From positions 96,001-160,000 of the forward strand of contig JAGVGF010000001.1 in the NCBI GenBank assembly GCA_020057295.1: DNA of 64,000 bases, written 5' to 3'. The notes under the pieces are model-generated. The model was not told the origin of the DNA, did no database searches, and saw nothing but the letters and a program-made list of their open reading frames with translations. This stretch comes from an archaeon (lineage in GTDB: Archaea; Nanobdellota; Nanobdellia; Woesearchaeales; UBA9642). Of this stretch, positions 10,213-18,905 are shown one piece after another (position 1 is the first letter of the stretch; the number at the start of each line of letters is the position of its first letter). Position numbers and translations under genes: made by a program.

Positions 10213-10908
10213 CTAATTGCCTATGAATCCTAAAGCTTCATCAGCATTAACTATTTCTGGACCACCACTTGCATCACCGATAATAAAACCTTTATTATTA
10301 CAGACTATTCCTGAACCAATAAAAGGAACACCCATGTTAACTGTTCCTGTAAATATTTCAACTTTTAATACTTTCTTTAATAATTCGGCTTCGTGTTCTA
10401 AAATTTCATGATGACATAATAATCCTTTTTTAGTATGGACAGCGAGACTTCCAAGAGTACTTAACTCGGCAATTTTTGCTCTTACAACATTTACTTTTAA
10501 CGAGTCTTTGAACATTTTTAATTCTCTTTCACCATAATCATCACTAACAACACAGCCCTTGTCGTTACAAATAATATTATTACCTAAACATGTTAGTTTT
10601 GTGTCAATGACTTTATATTTTATTTTGTGTTTATCTAACACTGCTAATTCTGTACTGAAAGCAATTTTTGGAATAAGCAAACAATTTTTATTACCACTTA
10701 AGAACACACCAAGCAGTGAAGTTCCAGCAACACTCATCGGAATTAATGGAACATCCAATACTTCTTCAATCTCCTTCAAAAGTTTTTCAGGAACATCATT
10801 ACCAAACAAACAATACTTATCATTAGCATAAATGTATAGTCCGACATTAGGATTGCTATTAAAATTAGTTACTAATACATGTTTTCTCTTACTTTTAGCT
10901 CGAACCAT
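10213..10908 (-). CDS. eif6: translation initiation factor aIF6
   Basis: NPNVGLY, LGNNIICNDKG and GTVNMGVPFIGSG pentein repeats. Confidence 0.93.
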   Translation of the reverse strand: MVRAKSKRKHVLVTNFNSNPNVGLYIYANDKYCLFGNDVPEKLLKEIEEVLDVPLIPMSVAGTSLLGVFLSGNKNCLLIPKIAFSTELAVLDKHKIKYKVIDTKLTCLGNNIICNDKGCVVSDDYGERELKMFKDSLKVNVVRAKIAELSTLGSLAVHTKKGLLCHHEILEHEAELLKKVLKVEIFTGTVNMGVPFIGSGIVCNNKGFIIGDASGGPEIVNADEALGFIGN

Positions 10909-10940
10909 ATCATATAAGAAAAAAGGATTGTTTATAAAGT

Positions 10941-11750
10941 TTATTGACTATTATCTTGCTCTGTTTTTCGCACAGCTAGTTTTACAGATATTTGATCAAA
11001 ATGCTTATCCTGTTCTAAATCTACTTTACGTAAAGTATCAAGATGTAATAATGGCACAAATGTTAAAACTTTATCTTGTTTAGAAGTACTCATGACTAAA
11101 TCTTCAAAAGTTAATATCTTATCTTTATTTTTTTTGCTTTTATAATGTGATTCTACTTTACCATACACCAATTCCATGCTTTTTCCTAAATCAAATTTTC
11201 TCTCAGGAAGTTTTATAGTAATCTTTTTCATGTTTGGCTTAAATTTATTTCTTCTATTCTCAACCTCTAATGCCTTCTCCAAGGCCTTTACAAGGTCAAA
11301 TACTGAAACTTTTCTCTTACGAGGTTGTGGAGTCCTAGGATAAAGTTGTGGCCTGCCACTAGAATCGTAAATAGGCCTACCTTGATCATCTAAGGGTAGA
11401 TTTTCTTCAATACCATTGATTGTATTATCAAAATTCGGAATATCTTCATCAATAAGTATATCTGATTTCATTTTTAGAAGTACAGCACTTGCTAAAACCA
11501 TTTTGCCTGAAATTCTAAAATCTAACTCTTTTAATTTTCTTAACATCTCTAGAAATTTTTGCGATAATTGAGTTATATCAATATCCCACGGATCCATATG
11601 TTCTTGATCTATAAGAGCATAAATCATATCTTTCCAAGATAATTCATCTTCAACAAATAATAAATTAAAAACACGTTCAGAAGTCTCTTTAACCTGTGCT
11701 ACTTTCTTTTCTTTTTCTAACTTATCCTCTTTGCTTAACTTACGAACCAT
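10941..11750 (-). CDS. scpA: segregation/condensation protein ScpA (kleisin)
   Basis: MDPWDIDI, ASAVLLKMKS and FVPLLHL motifs. Confidence 0.88.
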   Translation of the reverse strand: MVRKLSKEDKLEKEKKVAQVKETSERVFNLLFVEDELSWKDMIYALIDQEHMDPWDIDITQLSQKFLEMLRKLKELDFRISGKMVLASAVLLKMKSDILIDEDIPNFDNTINGIEENLPLDDQGRPIYDSSGRPQLYPRTPQPRKRKVSVFDLVKALEKALEVENRRNKFKPNMKKITIKLPERKFDLGKSMELVYGKVESHYKSKKNKDKILTFEDLVMSTSKQDKVLTFVPLLHLDTLRKVDLEQDKHFDQISVKLAVRKTEQDNSQ

Positions 11751-11812
11751 CTGTGTAATTACAGAAATAGAGTATATATAAAGATTATGGTAAAATAAAA
11801 AAATTAATTATT

Positions 11813-11917
11813 TTACTTTCTAGCGTTTCTCTTACGCTTCTCTTTCTTTATTCTCTTTCTCTGCCATTTCCAACGCATTTGGCCTTTCTTTTTCCATCGT
11901 CTTGAACTTCTCTTCAA
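11813..11917 (-). CDS. rpl41e: ribosomal protein eL41 (L41e), not in the ORF track
   Basis: read manually with TTG start: MKRSSRRWKKKGQMRWKWQRKRIKKEKRKRNARK*, matching the archaeal L41e pattern. Confidence 0.85.
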   Translation of the reverse strand: MKRSSRRWKKKGQMRWKWQRKRIKKEKRKRNARK

Positions 11918-11977
11918 TTTATTCTTCACGCAACATTTGTTGTGTTACATTAACCTCCAAATATTTTAATAATATTA

Positions 11978-12015
11978 TTAGATGAATGTAAAAATCTAAT
12001 TTTACACTCATCTAA
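11978..12015 (-). terminator. 16-bp RNA hairpin after tRNA-Glu; terminator or processing signal
   Basis: TTAGATGAGTGTAAAA-TTAGAT-TTTTACATTCATCTAA; fully paired (one G-U) only on the minus strand. Confidence 0.45.
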
Positions 12016-12024
12016 ATTTTTTAA

Positions 12025-12099
12025 TGCTCTGGCCGGGATTCGAACCCGGGTCACAGGATCGAAAATCCCGCATGATTGACCGGACTACACTACCAGAGC
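12025..12099 (-). tRNA. tRNA-Glu(UUC)
   Basis: cloverleaf GCTCTGG...CGGGA-TT-TTC-GA-TCCTG...GTTCGAATC...CCAGAGCA. Confidence 0.95.
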
Positions 12100-12141
12100 A
12101 AATAAGCTTTATGTTTTCAAGTTTTAACTTGACGTTTTTTG

Positions 12142-12186
12142 ATGCAACTTTTTTAAAAAGTTGCCCGTTGGCTCCACTACCAGAGC
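12142..12186 (-). pseudogene. 5' fragment of a tRNA-Glu-like gene with an inserted hairpin
   Basis: GCTCTGGTAGTG is identical to the tRNA-Glu 5' end; similarity continues through the D-loop; no T-arm. Confidence 0.5.
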
Positions 12187-12221
12187 GATTTTAATTTTTT
12201 TATATACTTACGAACTTAATA

Positions 12222-12328
12222 TGAGCCCGCCGAGATTTGAACTCGGGACCACTGGTGCACTTAGATATTGACAACTGCGTCAATAGGTCTTATAAGACCA
12301 GCGCTCCACCAGACTAAGCTACGGGCTC
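12222..12328 (-). tRNA. tRNA-Ile(UAU) with a 33-nt intron (12258..12290) at 37/38
   Basis: CTGGT-CT-TAT-A[intron]C-ACCAG; BHB with CTTA/TAAG helix and two 3-nt bulges. Confidence 0.9.
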
Positions 12329-12331
12329 GTA

Positions 12332-12402
12332 TGCGATCTGCGGGAATCGAACCCGCGACACAGCCTTGGCAAGGCCGAATTATACCATTTAACTAAGATC
12401 GC
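12332..12402 (-). tRNA. tRNA-Gly(GCC)
   Basis: GCGATCT acceptor; CGGCC-TT-GCC-AA-GGCTG. Confidence 0.95.
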
Positions 12403-12471
12403 AAGATTTTTACAAAAAATCTTGTAAAAAGTGATGAACATCACGAACTGCGTGAGTTCACCGATTACGAC

Positions 12472-12544
12472 TGGGCCCGGCCGGATTCGAACCGGCGACC
12501 TTCTCCGTGTAAGGGAGACGTCATAACCACTAAACCACGAGCCC
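12472..12544 (-). tRNA. tRNA-Val(UAC)
   Basis: TCTCC-CT-TAC-AC-GGAGA; canonical D and T arms. Confidence 0.95.
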
Positions 12545-12603
12545 ATAGGTATGACTGTTACTTTTAAACGAAACTTTAAACCATTTAAATATGTTATTGT
12601 TTT

Positions 12604-13074
12604 TTAAATAGAAATTTTATTTAAAGAACCATACGGTGGCTTTGCAATATGTTTACCAATTTTTTTGCTAGTATAGTCTATAACATTGAAATGCGTCACT
12701 ATCAATACACCATTAATTTTCATCTTGAGTAAATCTTTCAAAAAGGAATCTAAACGTTCTTTCTGTTTTTTAACCGATTCTCTGATAAGATGTTCTTGGC
12801 CGTATCCGGTCAATATATCCTCAACTTCACGTAACCTTTTATCATAAATTATAGATATATTTTTTGTGTTGTATTTCACTAAATAAGGTGCAATTGTTTG
12901 TTGAGTTCTTAATGCATCACTACATAAAATTAAATTAAAAGATTTGTTATTAAGTTTTTTTGCAAGAGATTTTGCATGCTCTTGACCTCTTATTGTTAAA
13001 GGGATATTTAGAAAATGCCCTTGATTATCTTTTTTATAGTCTGCTTCGCAATGTCTTAAAAAATATACATTCAT
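12604..13074 (-). CDS. histidine phosphatase family protein
   Basis: LRHCEA (RHG variant), SDALRTQQT, RLRE and LIVTH motifs. Confidence 0.85.
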   Translation of the reverse strand: MNVYFLRHCEADYKKDNQGHFLNIPLTIRGQEHAKSLAKKLNNKSFNLILCSDALRTQQTIAPYLVKYNTKNISIIYDKRLREVEDILTGYGQEHLIRESVKKQKERLDSFLKDLLKMKINGVLIVTHFNVIDYTSKKIGKHIAKPPYGSLNKISI

Positions 13075-13090
13075 AAGAACTACCCAGAAT

Positions 13091-13375
13091 TTATAACGCA
13101 TTATTTATGGCATCAACATGTTTAGCTATTTCTTCGCCTTTCTTTGTTAATTTTAAATATTTCAATCTACCAGTTTTTTCAAAACTTACAAGGCCAGCAT
13201 CTTCCATTTCTTGAAGAATTTTTACGACATGACTGTAAGTGCAGTCAACAGATTTTGCTAATGTAGAAGCGTAAACTTCAGTTGTAGAATTTAATAAAGT
13301 GACGAGCATCATGGCTGGTTTCTCTCTTATGAAAACATCAAAAATTTTTTTATTCTTAGCCATTTTATCACTCAA
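13091..13375 (-). CDS. winged-helix DNA-binding protein (MarR-like)
   Basis: YASTLAKSVDCTYSHVVKIL...GRLKYLKLTKKG. Confidence 0.85.
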   Translation of the reverse strand: MSDKMAKNKKIFDVFIREKPAMMLVTLLNSTTEVYASTLAKSVDCTYSHVVKILQEMEDAGLVSFEKTGRLKYLKLTKKGEEIAKHVDAINNAL

Positions 13376-13653
13376 AAATATATTTTATAAAGGTTATATT
13401 CCAAAAAATATTATTTAATATGTATTTTGGATATGTTGTTTCTTTATAAATTTTGTTTTTTACAAAATATATTTTCTAATTCACCCTCAAATCATATTAC
13501 CGTGTCTTTTATTTAAATAGTTTCTCAATTCTCGTTTTCAGAATACAAACAAAAAAACACTTTAGAAATAATGACGAGAAAAAGATTTAACAAAAAAAGC
13601 AAAAAAATAAAAATTAAAGCAAAACTAGCAAAGCAAATATTATAAAAAATAAC

Positions 13654-13771
13654 CGCCCCTTCCGAGGATCGAACTCGGATCTCAGGTTGTTTGCAAAGCA
13701 ATTGAAAATTTCGAAAATTTTTCAACTCTTTTTGCCGCAAACCCGTATTCTATCCATTATACTAAAGGGGC
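13654..13771 (-). tRNA. tRNA-Arg(GCG) with a 46-nt intron (13689..13734) at 37/38
   Basis: CGGGT-TT-GCG-G[intron]A-ACCTG; BHB helix TTGC/GCAA; AT-rich intron hairpin. Confidence 0.9.
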
Positions 13772-13807
13772 GTGTTAGTAAAAATCTGACATCGTTTTTA
13801 AATATTC

Positions 13808-14320
13808 CTAAACTAGGAATTCGAACACTATAAAGAATATGATTCCGACAATTAAATAGTATGAATATTTTGTCAATAAAATTTTTGCTATATTGATATA
13901 ATCTTTAAATTTTATATTTTCAGTATGTTTATATTTTTTAGTGTTATAGTAAGAATAACTCGTGGTTGTTCCTAAAGATATTCCTAGAATAAACAACAAT
14001 GTTGTTATTACGAATAAATTATTAAGTATTGATGATGCATAAAATATGCCGCCCATACTAGCATAAATTATATAATTATGAATTTTATCTATAAAAAAGA
14101 ATAATAACACTAATAATAATACTGAAGATATTGCAGCATAAACAGTTGATAAAGGATATATCGTCAAAAACACTATTAATGAGACAATTAACATATTAAA
14201 ATATGTAATATACTTAATAACATCTGATAACTCTTCAATAGCTATGTGACTGAGAATTAAGCCTATAATCAATCCTAAAAAACTCGATATTAACAATGCT
14301 ATGTAAATAAATAAATCCAT
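13808..14320 (-). CDS. hypothetical multi-pass membrane protein
   Basis: several hydrophobic segments. Confidence 0.7.
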   Translation of the reverse strand: MDLFIYIALLISSFLGLIIGLILSHIAIEELSDVIKYITYFNMLIVSLIVFLTIYPLSTVYAAISSVLLLVLLFFFIDKIHNYIIYASMGGIFYASSILNNLFVITTLLFILGISLGTTTSYSYYNTKKYKHTENIKFKDYINIAKILLTKYSYYLIVGIIFFIVFEFLV

Positions 14321-14382
14321 TTTATTAAAAGAATGTTCTAATATAAATACTTTTAGAATGTGATTTCTTATGCTTAATATTA

Positions 14383-14805
14383 TTAAGAAATTACGCTACC
14401 ACATGGTTTTCCATTGATAGAAAAGTTACCATCACCAAAACCTGTTCTCTGACCACCAGGAGTATCGACGCTAATAATATTACCATATTGATCGATAATG
14501 TATATACAAAAATCTCCGCGTATACCAAATTGTTGCTTAATAGATTTATAATCAGCATTGTATAACGTCTTAGCAGCAATCGGATCTACAGTTCCCTTGT
14601 TTATTATAGTTAATGTACTATTGACACCGTTGGCCGCGTCTAAATTGCTCACAACAGTATTTGATTCTAGAGTAACATCTCTGCCTTTATCTTTTGCATT
14701 GTTACCGAGCATTGCATAAAATATTCCTATTATTAATACAAATACCACGAATGCTAGAATAATATCCAATGACCATGATTGGCCTTGACCCCTCTTTTTG
14801 AACAT
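14383..14805 (-). CDS. class III signal peptide (pilin-like) protein
   Basis: KKRGQGQSWSLDIILAF followed by a hydrophobic helix. Confidence 0.7.
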   Translation of the reverse strand: MFKKRGQGQSWSLDIILAFVVFVLIIGIFYAMLGNNAKDKGRDVTLESNTVVSNLDAANGVNSTLTIINKGTVDPIAAKTLYNADYKSIKQQFGIRGDFCIYIIDQYGNIISVDTPGGQRTGFGDGNFSINGKPCGSVIS

Positions 14806-15032
14806 ATCAACAAACTAAGTAAACTTATATAAATAGTTTACTAAAATATTAGAATAAAGCGCTTTATGAAAAATATTATAAAATTTTAAAATTTAACTGA
14901 AAAATACACAAACTTTATAAATAATGAAAGCATTTTTTTATAAATCTAACTGAAATGCGGGGGTATTTTTAGTTGATTAAAACATTTAATCTGTAATCAT
15001 ACTTTAGCTTACGCTTTACGGGGGTCATTAGA

Positions 15033-15956
15033 ATGCAAGTCAAAAAATGTCCAGAATGTGGTGGAACTAATCTAGCATGGAACAAAGAAAAAGGAGAAGT
15101 CAGTTGCAGAGATTGCGGATTAGTTGTTGAAGAAAAATTAGTAGATTTCGATCAAGAATGGAGAGAGACAGATAGTGAAGCAGCAGCTCGTAAGAGAAGA
15201 ACTGGTGCTCCAATGTCATATACTCAATTCGACCAAGGATTAGGAACAGATGTTGGTAGAAAGGCTGATTTATACCAATTAGATGAAGCTGGCAAAAACA
15301 AATTCTTCAGATTAAGAAAATGGCAGAACAGGATAAGCACTGCTATTGAAAGAAATCTAAAATTAGCATTAGCAGAATTGAAAAGAGTAAGTTCATTTTT
15401 AAAACTTCCACAGTCAGTAGAAGAGGAAGGTTCAAGAATTTATACTTTAGCAGTTCGTAAGGGACTTGTTAGAGGTAGAAGCATGGAATCAGTAGTTGCA
15501 GGCGCGCTATATGCAGCATGTAGACGACATGATGTTCCAAGAACACTAGATGAATTATCAGAAGCATCAAATATTGAAAAGAAAGAAATCGGCAGAACAT
15601 ATAGATTTATAACAAGAGAACTTGGAATAACGATATTACCAAGTAATCCGTCGGATTATATCGCACGATTTGCATCAACATTAAAGCTTGGCCCAGAAAC
15701 ACAGAGCAAGGCTGTAGAAATCATAGAGTCAGCGCAAGGCATAGAATTAACATCGGGCAGAGGACCAACAGGAATAGCTGCCGCAGCATTGTATGTTGCA
15801 GCGTTAATGAACGGTGAAAAAAGAACACAGCGTGAAGTTGCAGATGTTGCAGGAGTTACAGAAGTAACCATAAGAAACAGATATAAGGAATTACTTGAAG
15901 AACTCGACTTAGAAAAAGAAATTAAGAAGAGTAAAAAGAAGAGAAAAGAGCTCTAA
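15033..15956 (+). CDS. tfb: transcription initiation factor IIB
   Basis: CPECG Zn ribbon, EWR B-reader and two cyclin repeats. Confidence 0.98.
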   Translation: MQVKKCPECGGTNLAWNKEKGEVSCRDCGLVVEEKLVDFDQEWRETDSEAAARKRRTGAPMSYTQFDQGLGTDVGRKADLYQLDEAGKNKFFRLRKWQNRISTAIERNLKLALAELKRVSSFLKLPQSVEEEGSRIYTLAVRKGLVRGRSMESVVAGALYAACRRHDVPRTLDELSEASNIEKKEIGRTYRFITRELGITILPSNPSDYIARFASTLKLGPETQSKAVEIIESAQGIELTSGRGPTGIAAAALYVAALMNGEKRTQREVADVAGVTEVTIRNRYKELLEELDLEKEIKKSKKKRKEL

Positions 15957-16133
15957 AAACACCCATTTATTTTTTGTTATCTCTTTTCAGTGGTTATGAT
16001 TCTTTAAAAATCATAAACTTTATAAAGTCTTCTCCCCAGGATTACATAGAACAGATTAATGTTGGGGCTTAAGAACTTCAGTTCTTAATTAGGATTTTGT
16101 GCGGTATAATTCGCGTGTAATACTATTCAGGAC

Positions 16134-16775
16134 ATGGCATATTTATCTCGTACAATGGCAAAAAAGGTTCAAAAAAAAACAGAGAAGAAGGTTAAAGTAG
16201 ATAAAGCTGTAAAAAACGATTCTAAAACAAAACCTGAATCCAAAATTAAATTTCAGAAGATTTCTAATGATCGCAAACAAGCTATTGAAGATGTAGTAAA
16301 GGAACTGGTTAATGAAGAAGCGATACCAATAGTGTTATACCTTATTGGAAGAACCAAAGTCTCAGAATTCGTTATTGCAGCAGATCTTAATTTAGAAATT
16401 CATAAAGCAAGAAATCTATTATACAAATTATTAGAACACAATATTCTATACTTTCATCGTAAAAAAGACAAGATTAAAGGATGGTATATATGCTATTGGG
16501 ACTTTAATGAAAAAATTATCCCATTCCAATTAGAAAAAATCAAGACACAGAAATTAATTAAATTAAAAGAAAGACTAGAAAAAGAATCATCATCAACATT
16601 CTATATGTGCAAAAACGCTTGTACTAGAATGGATTTCGAAAAATCAATGGAATTTAACTTCAAGTGCCCGGAATGTGGAGAATTAATGGACGAACAAAAC
16701 AACGTTAGAACGGTAGAATTCCTAAAAGAAAGAATAGCTGAATTGGATAGAGACTTAAAAGCTTACGGAAAATAA
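16134..16775 (+). CDS. tfe: transcription factor E alpha
   Basis: winged helix (KGWYICYW) and Zn ribbon (FKCPECG). Confidence 0.9.
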   Translation: MAYLSRTMAKKVQKKTEKKVKVDKAVKNDSKTKPESKIKFQKISNDRKQAIEDVVKELVNEEAIPIVLYLIGRTKVSEFVIAADLNLEIHKARNLLYKLLEHNILYFHRKKDKIKGWYICYWDFNEKIIPFQLEKIKTQKLIKLKERLEKESSSTFYMCKNACTRMDFEKSMEFNFKCPECGELMDEQNNVRTVEFLKERIAELDRDLKAYGK

Positions 16776-16826
16776 TTAAGAAAAATAAATAATAATACAT
16801 ATAAAGCTGTAATAATTCTATATCTC

Positions 16827-17549
16827 ATGGAGCTTTTAAAAAACATAATTGCTGAAGATTTATTCTTATATTTGTTAGAACATAAAACATTCATAGTTTC
16901 TGATATTCATATAGGATATGAAGAATCGTTAAATAGACGCGGAATATTAATACCTCGATATAATTATAATGACTTAATATTAAGAATGGAACGAGCCATA
17001 GAAAAAATTCGAAAGAAATATGTCATAGAAAAGATAATAATAAACGGAGATATAATTCACGAATTCGGAAAAATTAGTAAGAAAGAAAAAGATTTAACAA
17101 ACAAATTCATAAATTTCCTAAGTGAATACGGTCAGATTTTTATTATTGAAGGAAATCATGATAAAATATTAAAATATGTCATAAATAAAAACACCGAGAT
17201 AGTTAATAATATAGTTTTAGGAAAAATTTTAGTAATTCACGGAGATAAAATCATAAGCAAAGATTTGCTTAAAAAAGTAGAAACTATAATTATAGGTCAT
17301 GAACATCCAGCAGTCAGCATTCAATCAGGATCAAGAATTGAAAAATATAAATGTTTCTTAAAAGGTAAATATGAACATAAAAATTTAATTGTGACACCAT
17401 CATGTAACATACTTGTTGAGGGTACAGATATTCTTAGAGAAAGATTGTTAAGTCCATTATTAAAGAAAGTTAATTTAAAAAATTTTGAAGCATATATTGT
17501 AGAAGATAAAGTATATGATTTCGGTAAAATAAAAAATTTACCGCAATAA
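16827..17549 (+). CDS. calcineurin-like metallophosphoesterase (PdeM/MJ0037-like)
   Basis: SDIHIG, NGD, GNHD, HG and GHEHP motifs. Confidence 0.92.
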   Translation: MELLKNIIAEDLFLYLLEHKTFIVSDIHIGYEESLNRRGILIPRYNYNDLILRMERAIEKIRKKYVIEKIIINGDIIHEFGKISKKEKDLTNKFINFLSEYGQIFIIEGNHDKILKYVINKNTEIVNNIVLGKILVIHGDKIISKDLLKKVETIIIGHEHPAVSIQSGSRIEKYKCFLKGKYEHKNLIVTPSCNILVEGTDILRERLLSPLLKKVNLKNFEAYIVEDKVYDFGKIKNLPQ

Positions 17550-17586
17550 AAATAAATTTCTAAATATAGAATTTCTAAAAAATATT

Positions 17587-18156
17587 TTATTCTTCTATCT
17601 TTTTTGTAACTTTTAGTTTCTCTTTTATAGCCTTATCAGAGATTATTGCTGAATTACCTGTCGGATCTTCGATTATTAATTTTTGTTTTTCTTGACCCCA
17701 AATAACTTTATGAAGTTTCTTAATCATATTTTTAGCTTTCTTTCTTGATTCTTCCTCTTCTTCTGCGTTATCTCGAATTATTTCTAATTGCTTTACCATC
17801 CTATTTAATACACCCTCAACATTTGTTACATATCCGTTACTTGATGGTCCAGGAGTTATATCTCCTACATGAGGTATCTTGACTGTTGCAAAACTTGATT
17901 TTACTACACGTATCTTCATATCTTCTTCAGATGATAATTCTATAGTATATTTTGATGGTTCTCCTTGTTTTTCTGCTTCTATATCTGCTTTATGATATCC
18001 GCATCCTGAACAATCCATCGAGAATATAAATAATGCTCCAAAAAACGGAATCTCTTTTTTCATATCCATTAGTACTAATTTTTTTTCGTGACAGAATGGA
18101 CACATCTCTCCAGCCAATATTTCACTTTCCTCTTGTTGTTGTTTTTTCGTCGACAT
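17587..18156 (-). CDS. ZPR1 zinc-finger protein
   Basis: CPFC, IPFFG, CSGCGY, TNVEGVL and DPTGNSAI motifs. Confidence 0.93.
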   Translation of the reverse strand: MSTKKQQQEESEILAGEMCPFCHEKKLVLMDMKKEIPFFGALFIFSMDCSGCGYHKADIEAEKQGEPSKYTIELSSEEDMKIRVVKSSFATVKIPHVGDITPGPSSNGYVTNVEGVLNRMVKQLEIIRDNAEEEEESRKKAKNMIKKLHKVIWGQEKQKLIIEDPTGNSAIISDKAIKEKLKVTKKIEE

Positions 18157-18369
18157 TTTAATTGAAAACTCCTTATTTATTATTTACTGCATCTTGGCAT
18201 TTATATATATTATGGTTGTAGAAAATATATCTTAACCAATCAAAATATTATTGTAATCAAGAATTAAAGATTTTAATCAAAAGAATTTTTTATCCAATAA
18301 AAAATCAACTAAGTGAAAATGTATAATCACATCTAAGAAAAAAGTTATAAAAAAATAAAAATAATTTTA

Positions 18370-18792
18370 TTACTCTTCTTCTTCAGCTTCTGCAGTTTTT
18401 ATCTCTGCTGTTGTTCCTTTAGACCTATAAATCTCTGCAAAGCTTGGAGTTATAACAATATAATCATCACTAAAGCCAGCTACATCGCCTTCAATTGCAT
18501 CTGTAGTTTTCTTTAACTTGTTTATTGCACGTTTCAATTCTATTAAATCCTTTTCTTTTAAGGGTCTAATATTAACTAAACATATTGTGTTTCCTTCTCT
18601 CAATGCATCTAAGATAGGTTTTATGTCTGTGAAATCTTCTAGAACGAATGGTTTAACAATAATTTTTTGGCCACCCTCTGAACTTCTTGAAGTATCTAAC
18701 TCAACATATTCTTCTGTCTGATCTACTGCTTCGTCATCTTCAAAATCTTTGTTTTTGAATTGATTTTTTATCTTGGAAAAAAATCCGGCCAT
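18370..18792 (-). CDS. sepF: cell division protein SepF
   Basis: ILDALREGNTICLVNI...EGDVAG...IVITP with an N-terminal amphipathic helix. Confidence 0.88.
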   Translation of the reverse strand: MAGFFSKIKNQFKNKDFEDDEAVDQTEEYVELDTSRSSEGGQKIIVKPFVLEDFTDIKPILDALREGNTICLVNIRPLKEKDLIELKRAINKLKKTTDAIEGDVAGFSDDYIVITPSFAEIYRSKGTTAEIKTAEAEEEE

Positions 18793-18905
18793 TTCAATCT
18801 CCTCCCTACACCATGAATATCTTTTTTTTAACTCTAAAAGTTATTTTTCTTATAATATATAAATATTTCTATTTTCTAAGAATACATCTATATAAACTTT
18901 ACGTT

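Noticed and set aside
12273-12453. Shared 8-mer AACTGCGT in the tRNA-Ile intron and the Val-Gly spacer
   Set aside because: A single 8-mer match within a few hundred bases is compatible with chance.
13400-13431. TCCAAAA/TTTTGGA inverted repeat upstream of the winged-helix gene
   Set aside because: Only 7 bp and mostly A/T in very AT-rich DNA.
12319-13740. ORFs 12319..12546 and 13525..13740
   Set aside because: They overlap tRNA genes on the same strand.
16034-16088. Hairpins upstream of tfe (CCCCA/TGGGG and TTAAGAAC/GTTCTTAA)
   Set aside because: Short stems with no second copy or covariation evidence; the first arm probably precedes the transcription start.
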